A stretch of DNA of 64,000 nucleotides from a bacterium (GTDB lineage Bacteria > Patescibacteriota > Minisyncoccia > Minisyncoccales > JAZDGI01). Below, one piece after another: positions 16,381 through 27,003 of this stretch; the first letter of the stretch is position 1, and every line of letters begins with the position of its first letter. The notes under the pieces were generated by a model. The model saw nothing but the letters and a program-made list of their open reading frames with translations, made no database searches and was not told the DNA's origin. A program made the position numbers and the translations under genes. The stretch lies in contig JAZDGI010000005.1 in the NCBI GenBank assembly GCA_043807085.1, positions 5,816 through 69,815 of the forward strand, in the 5' to 3' direction.

Positions 16381-17322
16381 ATGCTTATTTTTCTTTACGG
16401 GCAGGATACTTATAGATCGCGGCAAAAACTGAACGAGATGATTGGAGAATATAAATCGCTCCACAAAAAAGGGCTGAATTTTATAATTTTTGACGGCGCT
16501 GTTTATAATTTTCCCGATCTTAAAAACGAAATTGGGATCGTTTCTATGTTCAGCGACAAAAAACTGATTATCGCCAAGAATATTTTTTCTAATTTAAAGC
16601 TCAAGGACGATTTGCTGAAAAGTTCCGAAAAGCTTATGGGGCTAAAAGACATCATCTTATTTTACGAAGACGGCAAGGTTGCGGCTAGCGACGCTTTATT
16701 GAGGTTTTTGAAAAAGGAGGCTAAATGCCAGGAATTTGAGCCTTTGTCTGGCCAAAAGTTAAAAAATTGGATCAAGCTGGAATTTGAGAAGCAAAAAGCC
16801 AAGGCTTCTCCGGATGTTGCGGAAAAACTTTTCATTTCTTATGACAACGATCTCTGGCGGCTGGCTAATGATATTAAAAAGCTGGCCGTTTTTAAGTTAG
16901 GCCAAAAAGAAGAGATTAATATGACTGATTTCAGGAAGCTGGTAAAAACCGAGATTGAAAGCGATATTTTTAAAACGATTGAGGCGGCCGCTTCAAAGAA
17001 TGTCAAACTAGCGCTTTCTTTACTTCACGGGCATCTTCAGGCAGGCGCTGATCCGCTCTATCTTCTCTCCATGCTGAATTACCAATTTAGAAATATATCA
17101 GAGATCAGGAGTCTAATTGAAAAGGGCGTTCAGTATCAGCTAATCGCCCCGACGACAAAGCTTCATCCTTTTGTCGTCAGAAAAACTTATGCTCTTTGTC
17201 AAAAATTTACTATGGCCGGAATTAAAAAAATCTACCAGAGTATTTTTCAGGCGGACCTAGATATTAAAACCGGGAAGGTTGACGCGGAAACAGCTCTTGA
17301 TTTGCTTATTTCTGGGATTTAG
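16381..17322 (+). CDS. holA: DNA polymerase III delta subunit
   Basis: The family N-terminus MLIFLYGQDTYRSRQKL starts at ATG 16381. The track start at 16273 lies inside mutM and is rejected. Confidence 0.8.
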   Translation: MLIFLYGQDTYRSRQKLNEMIGEYKSLHKKGLNFIIFDGAVYNFPDLKNEIGIVSMFSDKKLIIAKNIFSNLKLKDDLLKSSEKLMGLKDIILFYEDGKVAASDALLRFLKKEAKCQEFEPLSGQKLKNWIKLEFEKQKAKASPDVAEKLFISYDNDLWRLANDIKKLAVFKLGQKEEINMTDFRKLVKTEIESDIFKTIEAAASKNVKLALSLLHGHLQAGADPLYLLSMLNYQFRNISEIRSLIEKGVQYQLIAPTTKLHPFVVRKTYALCQKFTMAGIKKIYQSIFQADLDIKTGKVDAETALDLLISGI

Positions 17323-17572
17323 CGATGGCTTTAGCAATACGGGATTTTTTTCGGTTGGCGGTATTTTTTTTGATAACCCCTGTTTTAGCGGCTTTGTCCA
17401 GGGCTTTGTAGACTTCGGACAGGAGTTTTTTTGCTTCTTCAGCTTTTTTTTGGGAAAGCAAAGATCGAGTCTCTTTCAAAATGCTTTTAACTTTGTTTTT
17501 CGCTTTTATATTTTTGGTTCTGCGCCTTTTGCTTTGGCGCAGAGCTTTTTTCGCCGACTTAGTAATAGGCAT
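17306..17572 (-). CDS. rpsT: 30S ribosomal protein S20
   Basis: 88 aa from ATG at 17572: MPITKSAKKALRQSKRRRTKNIKAKN... The 12-codon upstream extension is rejected. Confidence 0.93.
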   Translation of the reverse strand: MPITKSAKKALRQSKRRRTKNIKAKNKVKSILKETRSLLSQKKAEEAKKLLSEVYKALDKAAKTGVIKKNTANRKKSRIAKAIAKSQK

Positions 17573-17630
17573 ATGGTTTTTTTTACCACCTTTTAAATTT
17601 TTAATCAAGTATGCTAAAAATAAGATAGAG

Positions 17631-18818
17631 ATGAAGGGTTTAATTAAAAAATTTATTCCTAAATTTTTAATTGGCTGGTATCATTTCGGACTGGTGTTTT
17701 TGGCTGCGATTATTTACGGCCGGCCTTCAAAAAAAATAAAAGTAATTGGGGTTACGGGCACCGACGGCAAATCAACCACCGTGCATTTAATTGCCAAAGT
17801 TTTAGAGGAAGCGGGATATAAAACGGCCCTAATGTCTTCTATTAGTTTTAAAATTGGCGAAAAAGAATTGGTGAATAAGCTCAAAATGACAATGCCTGGC
17901 CGTTTTGTTATTCAAAGATTTTTGAGCCAAGCGATAAAAGAGGGTTGTGAATATGTGGTTTTGGAAGTCAGTTCCGAAGGAACAAAACAGCACCGGCACG
18001 AATTTATTGATTTTGAAGCCGCGGTTTTTACCAATTTATCACCGGAGCATATTGAGAGCCACGGCGGTTTCGAAAATTACAAAAAAGCCAAAGGAAAATT
18101 ATTTGAAGCGACAAAAAACATTCACGTCATCAATCTTGATGATGAAAACACAGATTATTTTTGGCAATTTCCGGCAAAAAAGAAGTTTGGCTACAAAATT
18201 TCCGATTACCCCGATTTAAAAATTAAATTGTTGGGAGAATTTAATAAATATAATGCCTTGGCAGCGATATATGTTGGCTTATCGCAAGGGATTGGTTTGG
18301 AGGTTTGCAAAAAAGCCGTGGAAAATTTTGAAGGGATTCCCGGCAGAATGGAAATGGTAATTCAAGAGCCGTTTAGGGCTATTGTTGATTACGCAGTCAC
18401 TCCGAACGCTTTAGAGAAGGCATATCAAGCAGTAAAGCCGAATATCTGTGTCCTGGGTTCTTGCGGCGGAGGAAGGGACAAATGGAAAAGAAAGGTTCTT
18501 GGCGAGATAGCCGGAAAATATTGCGATGAAGTAATTGTTACTGACGAGGACCCTTATGATGAAAATCCGATGGAAATAATTGAGCAGGTGGCAAATGGGG
18601 CTGGTCAAAAAGCCAAAAAGATTTTAGATAGAAGAGAGGCGATAAAAAAAGCTTTGAATTTGGCAAAAGTTGGCGATACGGTAATTATTACCGGCAAGGG
18701 ATGCGAACCATGGATGTGCGTGGCCGGCGGCAAAAAAATTCCGTGGGACGATCGACGGGTTGCGATCGAGGAGTTCCGGAAACTGAAAATAGTTGACAAG
18801 CCGTCCTTTATTTTCTAA
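17631..18818 (+). CDS. murE: Mur ligase family protein (MurE-like UDP-MurNAc-tripeptide synthetase)
   Basis: ATP site VIGVTGTDGKSTT and a DNPR-like segment (VTDEDPYDENP). The start is set to ATG 17631 (MKGLIKKF...), because the track start overlaps rpsT. Confidence 0.75.
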   Translation: MKGLIKKFIPKFLIGWYHFGLVFLAAIIYGRPSKKIKVIGVTGTDGKSTTVHLIAKVLEEAGYKTALMSSISFKIGEKELVNKLKMTMPGRFVIQRFLSQAIKEGCEYVVLEVSSEGTKQHRHEFIDFEAAVFTNLSPEHIESHGGFENYKKAKGKLFEATKNIHVINLDDENTDYFWQFPAKKKFGYKISDYPDLKIKLLGEFNKYNALAAIYVGLSQGIGLEVCKKAVENFEGIPGRMEMVIQEPFRAIVDYAVTPNALEKAYQAVKPNICVLGSCGGGRDKWKRKVLGEIAGKYCDEVIVTDEDPYDENPMEIIEQVANGAGQKAKKILDRREAIKKALNLAKVGDTVIITGKGCEPWMCVAGGKKIPWDDRRVAIEEFRKLKIVDKPSFIF

Positions 18819-18833
18819 TATTTATTATTTAAT

Positions 18834-19544
18834 ATGTCTATACCTGAAATTACCATTTCCGGAGAAAAGATTTTTGAGGTCTTTAATTTCCCGGTTACCA
18901 ATACCCTTCTTTTGAGTTTTGTCATAACTTTTAGCATAATTGCGGCCTTCTCGGCCGTTTTTAAAAAAGCTGCTTTTCTACCCGGCCGGCTTCAGAATTT
19001 CTTTGAGTGGATTCTGGAGTCGCTTTATAATTTTTTCCATTCAATTACTCTTTCTAAGGAGAAAACAATAGAAATTTTTCCTATTGCCGCCACCTTATTT
19101 TTGCTGATTTTGGCGTCAAACCTTATGGAACTAGTTCCGGGTGTTGGCATTTTTCATTTCTTGCGATCGCCCAGCTCTGATTTGAACTTTACCCTGCCCC
19201 TGGCTCTTTTTTCTATTTTGTACATTAATTTTCTGGCCTTAAGAAGAGTCGGCCTTTTCCATTATCTAAAGAAGTTTATAAACATCAAAAACCCTATTTT
19301 GTTTTTTGTGGGATTTTTGGAGGGGATAGGTGAAATGACAAGGATTTTTTCTTTGGCTATACGTCTTTTCGGCAATCTTTTTGCCGGCGAGGTGCTTTTA
19401 ATCGTTACTTCTTTTTTGTTCGCCTACCTTCTTCCCTTGCCCTTTTTGGGGTTGGAAATTATGGTGGCCGTTATCCAGGCCTTTATTTTCTCTTCGCTGA
19501 TAGTTATTTTTTACGCGTCGTCGGTTCAAACGGAACATGGATAA
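18834..19544 (+). CDS. atpB: F-type ATP synthase subunit a
   Basis: 236 aa polytopic protein with the essential-Arg motif LAIRLFGNLFAGE. Confidence 0.93.
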   Translation: MSIPEITISGEKIFEVFNFPVTNTLLLSFVITFSIIAAFSAVFKKAAFLPGRLQNFFEWILESLYNFFHSITLSKEKTIEIFPIAATLFLLILASNLMELVPGVGIFHFLRSPSSDLNFTLPLALFSILYINFLALRRVGLFHYLKKFINIKNPILFFVGFLEGIGEMTRIFSLAIRLFGNLFAGEVLLIVTSFLFAYLLPLPFLGLEIMVAVIQAFIFSSLIVIFYASSVQTEHG

Positions 19545-19773
19545 TAATAACCAGAAAGCCAAAGTTTTTTACGCTGTTTCTCTGGGCTTGGAGCTTGGTT
19601 TTTTGATCGCTGTTCCTTTGGTCGTTTTTTTGGCGGCTGGAGTTTTTTTAGACAGGATCATTGGCGTTGCTCCCGTTTTTTTGATAACATTTGTCATTGC
19701 CAGTCTAATTGGGATATTTTTTGAAGTTAGGTATTTGATTTTGCCGTTTTTGGAAAAAAGGTCATCAAAGTAA
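19537..19773 (+). CDS. AtpZ/AtpI-like small membrane protein
   Basis: 78 aa, two TM helices (LGLELGFLIAVPLVVFLAAGVFLD...), located inside the atp operon between atpB and atpE. Confidence 0.6.
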   Translation: MDNNNQKAKVFYAVSLGLELGFLIAVPLVVFLAAGVFLDRIIGVAPVFLITFVIASLIGIFFEVRYLILPFLEKRSSK

Positions 19774-19776
19774 TAA

Positions 19777-20031
<255 letters not shown>

Positions 20032-20034
20032 TCA

Positions 20035-20520
20035 ATGGAAGGGCTTGGAATAAATTGGAAAATTTTGATCGGGCAGATTGTCAACTTCGCTATTCTTTTC
20101 TATCTTTTGAAAAGGTTTGCTTTCAAGCCCTTTTTGGCCTTGCTGGAAAAAAGAAGGGTAAAGATTGAGGATGGGATGAAAAAATCTGCAGAAGCTGAAG
20201 CTTCCCTTCAGAGAATAAAGGAATTAGGCAGGACTTTGTTGGCTGAAAAAGAAAAAAAAGCTTCGGAATTGATTAAGAAAGGCGAACTAAGAGCCAAAGA
20301 AATGGAAAAGAAGATAATTGAGGAAGCCGAAGAGGAAAAAAGCAGGATTATTGATGCGGCAAAAAAAACGATGGACAAAGAAATAGTCAGGGAAAGAGAG
20401 GCTCGGGAGAAGAAGATGGTTGAGGGCGTTTTCTTTTTGGCGGAAAAGTTTCTGAAAGAAAAGCATAATCAAGAAAATGATAAAAAATTTATTGAAGAGC
20501 TCGTGTCTGATTTAAAATAA
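20035..20520 (+). CDS. atpF: F-type ATP synthase subunit b
   Basis: 161 aa. One N-terminal TM helix followed by a long charged coiled coil. Operon position supports the call. Confidence 0.88.
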   Translation: MEGLGINWKILIGQIVNFAILFYLLKRFAFKPFLALLEKRRVKIEDGMKKSAEAEASLQRIKELGRTLLAEKEKKASELIKKGELRAKEMEKKIIEEAEEEKSRIIDAAKKTMDKEIVREREAREKKMVEGVFFLAEKFLKEKHNQENDKKFIEELVSDLK

Positions 20521-20909
20521 TGACTAAAAAAGCGGTTTCTAGCTGGGCCAGGGCGTTATTCCTGGCGCAAAAAGGAAAGGAGCAAACAGAGAGGGGTAGG
20601 ATAGCAGTTAAGCTTGTTCAAATACTTAAAGACCGGAGAAAGGAGCGTTTTTTGCCAAAAATACTGGAAGAGTCAAAAAGAATCCAAAGAAGAGAGGAGG
20701 GTATATCCTTGATTTTCGGCGCTAAGCAAGAGCCGTCCGTTATCAAGAAGGTAAAGCTTATGATTCCCAATATTTTTAAGGCAGATGGGGCCGTTGAAGT
20801 AAAGACAGATGAAAAAATTATCGGAGGGTTTCGTCTGGAAACGGAAAACTTTTTAATCAAGGCTTCTGTCAAGGACTTTTTAGATTATTTAAAAGCAAAA
20901 GTTTTATAA
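20520..20909 (+). CDS. atpH: F-type ATP synthase subunit delta (short form)
   Basis: 129 aa between atpF and atpA, with the C-terminal OSCP-like motif (IIGGFRLE). Assigned mainly from operon position. Confidence 0.7.
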   Translation: MTKKAVSSWARALFLAQKGKEQTERGRIAVKLVQILKDRRKERFLPKILEESKRIQRREEGISLIFGAKQEPSVIKKVKLMIPNIFKADGAVEVKTDEKIIGGFRLETENFLIKASVKDFLDYLKAKVL

Positions 20910-20910
20910 A

Positions 20911-22437
20911 ATGGCTGAAAAAATAGAACAATTAAAAAAACAACTAGAGGATATAAAACTGAAGCCGATCGTGGAAGAAATCGGCCGAGTTTTGGAAGTT
21001 AAAGACGGGGTGATTAAGGCTTCGGGCCTGGAAAAAGTGGAAAATTTTGAGCTGGTGGAAGTTGAGGCAAAAAACGTCGTCGGCTTAACATTGAACTTGG
21101 AAGAATACGAAACAGGAATAGTTCTGCTGGGAAAAGGAGCGGATGTTAAAGAGGGCGATATTGTCAGGCGGACTAAAAAAACCCTGTCTATCCCTGTGGG
21201 CGAGGGTTTTCTGGGGCGCGTGGTCAATCCCTTAGGAGAGCCGGTTGATGGAGCCGGGAAAATAGAGGCTGTAAGCTTTTCTCCTATGGAAAGAATGGGA
21301 CCGTCGGTGATTGAAAGGGAGCCCGTAAGAACTCCCCTGCATACCGGCGTTTTGGCTATTGATGGATTGATTCCTATCGGTAGAGGACAAAGAGAATTGA
21401 TTTTGGGAGACAGGGGGACGGGCAAAACAGCTTTGGCGATAGACGCGATTTTAAATCAAAAAAAAGAAAAAAATCGGCCGATTTGCATTTACGTGGCTAT
21501 TGGCCAAAAGAAATCAAGAGTTAAAAGAATTATCAAAATTTTGGAAGAAAAAGGGGCCTTGGAGTATACTATTGTGGTCTGCGCTTTTGCCGACGATCCG
21601 GCCAGCTTTCTTTATCTGGCTCCTTTGGCCGGCGCTTCTCTCGGAGAATATTTTAGAGATCAGGGGAAAGATGTTTTGATTATTTTTGACGATCTGACCA
21701 AGCAGGCCTGGGCATGGAGAGAAATATCCTTGATTTTAAGGCGTCCGCCGGGCCGCGAAGCTTATCCTGGAGATATTTTTTATTTGCATTCCAGGCTCTT
21801 GGAAAGAGCTGCCAAACTTTCCAAGGAAAAAGGCGGAGGGTCTTTAACGGCCCTGCCGATTATTGAAACGCACGCTGGAGATATTTCAGCTTATATTCCG
21901 ACCAATGTAATTTCTATCACCGACGGTCAGATATTTTTGGATTCTTCTCTTTTTTGCAAGGGCCAGCGGCCGGCTATTGATATTGGCAAGTCTGTTTCAC
22001 GCGTTGGCTCCCACGCCCAACTGCCAGCCATGAAAAAGATCGCCGGCAATTTGAAACTGAATCTAGCCCAGTTTCAGGAGCTGGAAAGATTTTCCGAATT
22101 TACCGAGGAGCTTGATCCGGAGACTAAAAAGATAATAGAAAAAGGCAAAAAGATGCGGGAAATTTTAAAGCAATCTGATCTGGCTCCTTTATCGTTTGAA
22201 AAAGAGATCGTTGTTATTTTTGCCGGAGTAAAAGGATTTTTAGACGATTTGGAAATAGGAAAAGTCGCCGGCTTCAAAAAAGAATTAATCGGCGAGATAG
22301 AAAGAATGAATCCGGAAATTTTTGCTAAAATCGGCGAAAAAGGAGAATTGGATGAAAAAACTCAAGCTGGCCTTGAAGAGATAATAAGCAAAATAGTAAA
22401 AAGCTATGGAGCTGAAAGAAATCAGGAGAAAAATTGA
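20911..22437 (+). CDS. atpA: F-type ATP synthase subunit alpha
   Basis: 508 aa. P-loop GDRGTGKT and typical alpha motifs. Confidence 0.98.
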   Translation: MAEKIEQLKKQLEDIKLKPIVEEIGRVLEVKDGVIKASGLEKVENFELVEVEAKNVVGLTLNLEEYETGIVLLGKGADVKEGDIVRRTKKTLSIPVGEGFLGRVVNPLGEPVDGAGKIEAVSFSPMERMGPSVIEREPVRTPLHTGVLAIDGLIPIGRGQRELILGDRGTGKTALAIDAILNQKKEKNRPICIYVAIGQKKSRVKRIIKILEEKGALEYTIVVCAFADDPASFLYLAPLAGASLGEYFRDQGKDVLIIFDDLTKQAWAWREISLILRRPPGREAYPGDIFYLHSRLLERAAKLSKEKGGGSLTALPIIETHAGDISAYIPTNVISITDGQIFLDSSLFCKGQRPAIDIGKSVSRVGSHAQLPAMKKIAGNLKLNLAQFQELERFSEFTEELDPETKKIIEKGKKMREILKQSDLAPLSFEKEIVVIFAGVKGFLDDLEIGKVAGFKKELIGEIERMNPEIFAKIGEKGELDEKTQAGLEEIISKIVKSYGAERNQEKN

Positions 22438-23287
22438 ATCGGTTAACAATATCCGGAATTTAACCAGCGCCCTGGAAACTTTGTCGGCTTTAAAAATGAA
22501 GAAAGCTCAGAAGACCGCTATTCTTTCCCGTCCTTTTAGTCATAAAATTGCGGTTTTCCTGGAAGAAATAGAGCCTTTATTCAAAGAAAAGAAATCCGTT
22601 TTTTTTCGGGAAGAAAAAGCGGGCAAAATTTTATTCGTGGCGATTACTTCCGATCGGGGATTTTGCGGTTCGTTTAATCAGAATATTTTGCGGCGGGCGG
22701 AAAAGGAAATCAAAGAGAGGTCGTCTCAGGGCACAGAACTAATAGAAGTTTTTCCGGTCGGCAAGAAGGGGACGGCTTTTTTTAAAAAAAGAGGCAGGGA
22801 TATAAAATATAGTTTTATTGGCATCGGAGACGCCGCTACTCTGGAAGAAGTAAAGCCAATTTCTGATTTTTTGATAAAGTCTTTTTTGGAAAAAAAATTT
22901 CAAGAGATACATCTCGTTTGGTCAGACTTTGTATCCACTTTTTTGCAGAAACCGCGCCATACCCAAATTTTACCACTGAAAAAAGAAAATCTTGAAGAGT
23001 TTTTCGGCAGAGAAGATAAATACGAAAGAAGAGAATTTTTAGTTGAGCCCTCTCTGAGGTTGTTGGCTAAAGAAGTGGTGCCTCAATTGGTTGAATATCT
23101 GATTTATCAGGCAATCTTAGAAAATAACGCTTCGGAACACTCGGCCAGGATGATGGCGATGAGGAATGCGTCTGATAACGCCCAAAAAAAATCAAGCGAA
23201 TTGAAATTGGAGTATAACAAGGCCAGACAGGAGCAAATAACCAGCGAGGTCCTGGAAATTTCTTCAGCCAAAGAGGTATTAGATTAA
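22406..23287 (+). CDS. atpG: F-type ATP synthase subunit gamma
   Basis: 293 aa. N-terminal MELKEIRRKIESVNNIRNLTSALE and C-terminal helix (QEQITSEVLEI). Confidence 0.93.
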   Translation: MELKEIRRKIESVNNIRNLTSALETLSALKMKKAQKTAILSRPFSHKIAVFLEEIEPLFKEKKSVFFREEKAGKILFVAITSDRGFCGSFNQNILRRAEKEIKERSSQGTELIEVFPVGKKGTAFFKKRGRDIKYSFIGIGDAATLEEVKPISDFLIKSFLEKKFQEIHLVWSDFVSTFLQKPRHTQILPLKKENLEEFFGREDKYERREFLVEPSLRLLAKEVVPQLVEYLIYQAILENNASEHSARMMAMRNASDNAQKKSSELKLEYNKARQEQITSEVLEISSAKEVLD

Positions 23288-23296
23288 TAAGTTTAA

Positions 23297-24658
<1,362 letters not shown>

Positions 24659-24673
24659 TTGACCTAAATTGTT

Positions 24674-24913
24674 ATGGAGGTGGAAATATTAACCCCTAAG
24701 GGGCTTGAATTCAAAGGAGAAGCTATTTGCCTGACCTTGCCTACTTTGGCTGGAGAAATTTCGGTTTTGCCTAAACACGCCTCTTTGATATCGGTTTTGA
24801 AGCCGGGCAGGATGAGGATTAAAACCGAGAAAGAAGAAATGATTAAACAAATTGAAGGAGGAATCCTGGAGGTTTCGGGCGATAAAGCCGTTATTCTTTT
24901 AAAAAAGTTCTAA
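24674..24913 (+). CDS. atpC: F-type ATP synthase subunit epsilon (beta-sandwich domain only)
   Basis: 79 aa in the last operon position, with the typical N-terminal domain pattern (LPTLAGEISVLPKHASLISVLKPG). Confidence 0.85.
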   Translation: MEVEILTPKGLEFKGEAICLTLPTLAGEISVLPKHASLISVLKPGRMRIKTEKEEMIKQIEGGILEVSGDKAVILLKKF

Positions 24914-24936
24914 AAGCGCGCATGGATTGGTGAAGC

Positions 24937-24965
24937 TTGACATTTAAAAAGTACTTTGGTATAGT
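24937..24965 (+). promoter_or_regulatory. Consensus-like sigma70 promoter (TTGACA-17 nt-TATAGT)
   Basis: TTGACA at 24937..24942 and TATAGT at 24960..24965. An AAAGGAG ribosome-binding site lies upstream of the ATG at 25011. Confidence 0.65.
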
Positions 24966-25010
24966 ATCATTGGCTTTTTCCAAATTTTATTGAAAGGAGA
25001 GTGATGACAA

Positions 25011-25736
25011 ATGGTAGAGAAAAAGAAAAAGGATCTCGGTCAATTTTTGCTGGAGGGGGACTTTCTAAAAGACTCTGAACTCCAAATTGCCAAGGAAGCG
25101 GCAAAACAGACTGGAAAGAATCTGGCCGAGGTGCTCTCGGAAAAAAAATTGGTGACGCCCGAGACATTGGCCACTGCTTTGAGCTTCCTGTATGGCGCCC
25201 AAATAGTAGATCTGGGGAGATGTGAAATTCAGCCCGCGGCGTTGGCCCTTATCTCGGAGTCAGTGGCCCGGAGTAGCAACGTTCTTCCTTTGTCTGTGAA
25301 TGGGAGCGAGCTAATCGTGGCCGTAGATGACCCTAGTGATATCCTGTTAATTAATACTTTGGCTTCTCTGACCAGCCAGCGCATTCGACCGGTGGTTCCT
25401 CTCCATGGCGACCTTAAAAAGGCCGTTGAGTATTACTATGGGGACCCCGAAATTGCTGTCCGTGAACAGGCCGGAGCCGCGAAAGCGGCTATTGAATCGG
25501 TAGCGAGGAAGCTTCTTCTCCTCGCCAAAAGAGAGAACGTCGCGGTAATCCATATTGAAATGGATTTAAGGGACGGGGGGGCGGAGGTAACTTTTGAGGC
25601 TAAGGGCGAGGATGCTCTGTGTTACCTGTCAATTACTTTGCCGCCATGTCTCTATCAGTCGTTAATTGTCTGCTTTAACGCAACGGCCGGAGTGAAGGTG
25701 GTGGAAGAAAGGAGGGCAATGGTAAAATTGAAATAA
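25011..25736 (+). CDS. Stand-alone T2SS/T4P ATPase N-terminal (GspE_N / MshEN-like) domain protein with a unique C-terminal half
   Basis: 241 aa. Residues ~8-145 follow the GspE_N pattern (LGQFLLEGDFLKDSELQIAKEAAKQTGKNLAEVL...VDLGRCEIQPAALALI...NVLPLSVNGSELIVAVDDPSD). The last ~95 aa have no recognisable motif. Confidence 0.7.
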   Translation: MVEKKKKDLGQFLLEGDFLKDSELQIAKEAAKQTGKNLAEVLSEKKLVTPETLATALSFLYGAQIVDLGRCEIQPAALALISESVARSSNVLPLSVNGSELIVAVDDPSDILLINTLASLTSQRIRPVVPLHGDLKKAVEYYYGDPEIAVREQAGAAKAAIESVARKLLLLAKRENVAVIHIEMDLRDGGAEVTFEAKGEDALCYLSITLPPCLYQSLIVCFNATAGVKVVEERRAMVKLK

Positions 25737-25750
25737 ATCCTTTTGTCCTA

Positions 25751-25785
25751 GGGGGAGTCGCGGTGCGGCCCCCTTTCTTTTTTTT
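25751..25785 (+). terminator. Rho-independent terminator
   Basis: GGGGG at 25751..25755 pairs with CCCCC at 25769..25773, followed by TTTCTTTTTTTT. Confidence 0.6.
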
Positions 25786-25806
25786 GGAAATTTGTTATAA
25801 TTGGGA

Positions 25807-25974
25807 ATGAAAAAAATGTCAAAATCAATCAGGAAATATATTCGCTTGGAAAAAGCCCGAATCCATCGGAGTCTTTTGAGCTTAGCCGACCAAGATAAAT
25901 TGATTGGCGAGCTGTATCAAAAATTTACAAAAAAAGATGGTAATCCAGGAAATTTACCAATTAGCGATAAATAA
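25807..25974 (+). CDS. Small basic protein (55 aa), candidate leaderless gene
   Basis: Below the ORF-track cutoff. MKKMSKSIRKYIRLEKARIHRSLLSLADQDKLIGELYQKFTKKDGNPGNLPISDK. An extended -10 element (TGTTATAAT, 25793..25801) ends 5 nt before the ATG. It overlaps the NIF3-like start by 38 nt. Confidence 0.45.
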   Translation: MKKMSKSIRKYIRLEKARIHRSLLSLADQDKLIGELYQKFTKKDGNPGNLPISDK

Positions 25975-26881
25975 GGGAATTGAAGCTGATTTCCGCGGCC
26001 AGGCTGGAGTGGAAAAGTTTTTGCAAAGGAAAAAAGAAAAATACGAAAAACTTTCCGAGAAAGAAAGGGCGATTTTTGATTTAGATCTTTTGGGCAATCC
26101 TTACGCTGACAGCCGTATTTTGAATATGGCTGCTGATAAGGACATTAAAAAGATTTTGGCCGGCATTGATATAGAGCCGGCTGAAATTTTGTTAGCCAAA
26201 GAAATTGGCCGGATTGATTTAATTATATCGCACCATCCGATGGGCAAGGCCTTGGCCTCTCTGGCCGACGTGATGGAAATGCAGTGCGATGTCTTAAACC
26301 AATATGGCGTACCCATTAATGTTGCCGAAGGACTGATGAAAGAGAAAATTTCCGAAGTGGCTAGGGGAGTCAATCGGTTAAACCACCAACGGACGGTTGA
26401 TGCGGCCAAGATTTTAGGATTCAACCTGATGTGTCTTCATACAATCTGCGACAATCTGGTGGCGAAATTTTTAAAAGATAAAATTGAAAAACAAGACTTT
26501 GACAGGGTTGGCGATTTGCTGGATTCTCTGAAAGAGATTCCTGAATACCAAGAAGCAATGAAAATCGGAGCCGGTCCGAAAATTTTTGTCGGCGCTCCGG
26601 AAAATCGCTGCGGGAAAATCGCCCTGACCGAGATTACCGGCGGCACAGAGGGGTCTTCAAAAATCTACGAAAAAATGGCGGGCGCCGGCATTGGCACGAT
26701 AGTCGGCATACATGTTTCCGAGAACCATAAAAAAGAAGCGGAAGCCGCCAATGTTAATATGGTTATTGCCGGCCATATGTCTTCGGACTCTTTGGGCATG
26801 AATCTCTTTTTAGACGAACTAGAGAAGAAAGGCATAGAGGTCGTTCCCTGCTCTGGTCTTATCAGGGTTAAAAGAATATAG
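25937..26881 (+). CDS. NIF3-like dinuclear-metal-centre protein (GTP cyclohydrolase 1 type 2 homologue family)
   Basis: 314 aa from ATG 25937 (MVIQEIYQLAI...). His-rich metal motifs (ISHHPMG, CLHTICDN, AGHMSSD). The track's TTG start at 25904 is an alternative. Confidence 0.8.
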   Translation: MVIQEIYQLAINKGIEADFRGQAGVEKFLQRKKEKYEKLSEKERAIFDLDLLGNPYADSRILNMAADKDIKKILAGIDIEPAEILLAKEIGRIDLIISHHPMGKALASLADVMEMQCDVLNQYGVPINVAEGLMKEKISEVARGVNRLNHQRTVDAAKILGFNLMCLHTICDNLVAKFLKDKIEKQDFDRVGDLLDSLKEIPEYQEAMKIGAGPKIFVGAPENRCGKIALTEITGGTEGSSKIYEKMAGAGIGTIVGIHVSENHKKEAEAANVNMVIAGHMSSDSLGMNLFLDELEKKGIEVVPCSGLIRVKRI

Positions 26882-26895
26882 CATTGTTTCTTTTC

Positions 26896-26967
26896 GTCCC
26901 CATAGCTTAACGGATAAAGCGCGGCCCTCCGAAGGCCGAAATCGAGGTTCGATTCCCCGTGGGGACA
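26896..26967 (+). tRNA. tRNA-Arg (anticodon CCG)
   Basis: 72-nt cloverleaf. Acceptor GTCCCCA/TGGGGAC, D arm GCTT/AAGC, anticodon arm CGGCC-CTCCGAA-GGCCG, T loop TTCGATT. There is one A-C mismatch in the T stem, and CCA is not encoded. Confidence 0.85.
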
Positions 26968-26968
26968 C

Positions 26969-26997
26969 TTGACACGAGGGGGCGTTGACTCTAAAAT
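26969..26997 (+). promoter_or_regulatory. Consensus sigma70 promoter (TTGACA-17 nt-TAAAAT)
   Basis: TTGACA at 26969..26974, an exact 17-nt spacer, TAAAAT at 26992..26997. It starts 2 nt after the tRNA-Arg 3' end. Confidence 0.7.
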
Positions 26998-27003
26998 TTA
27001 AAG

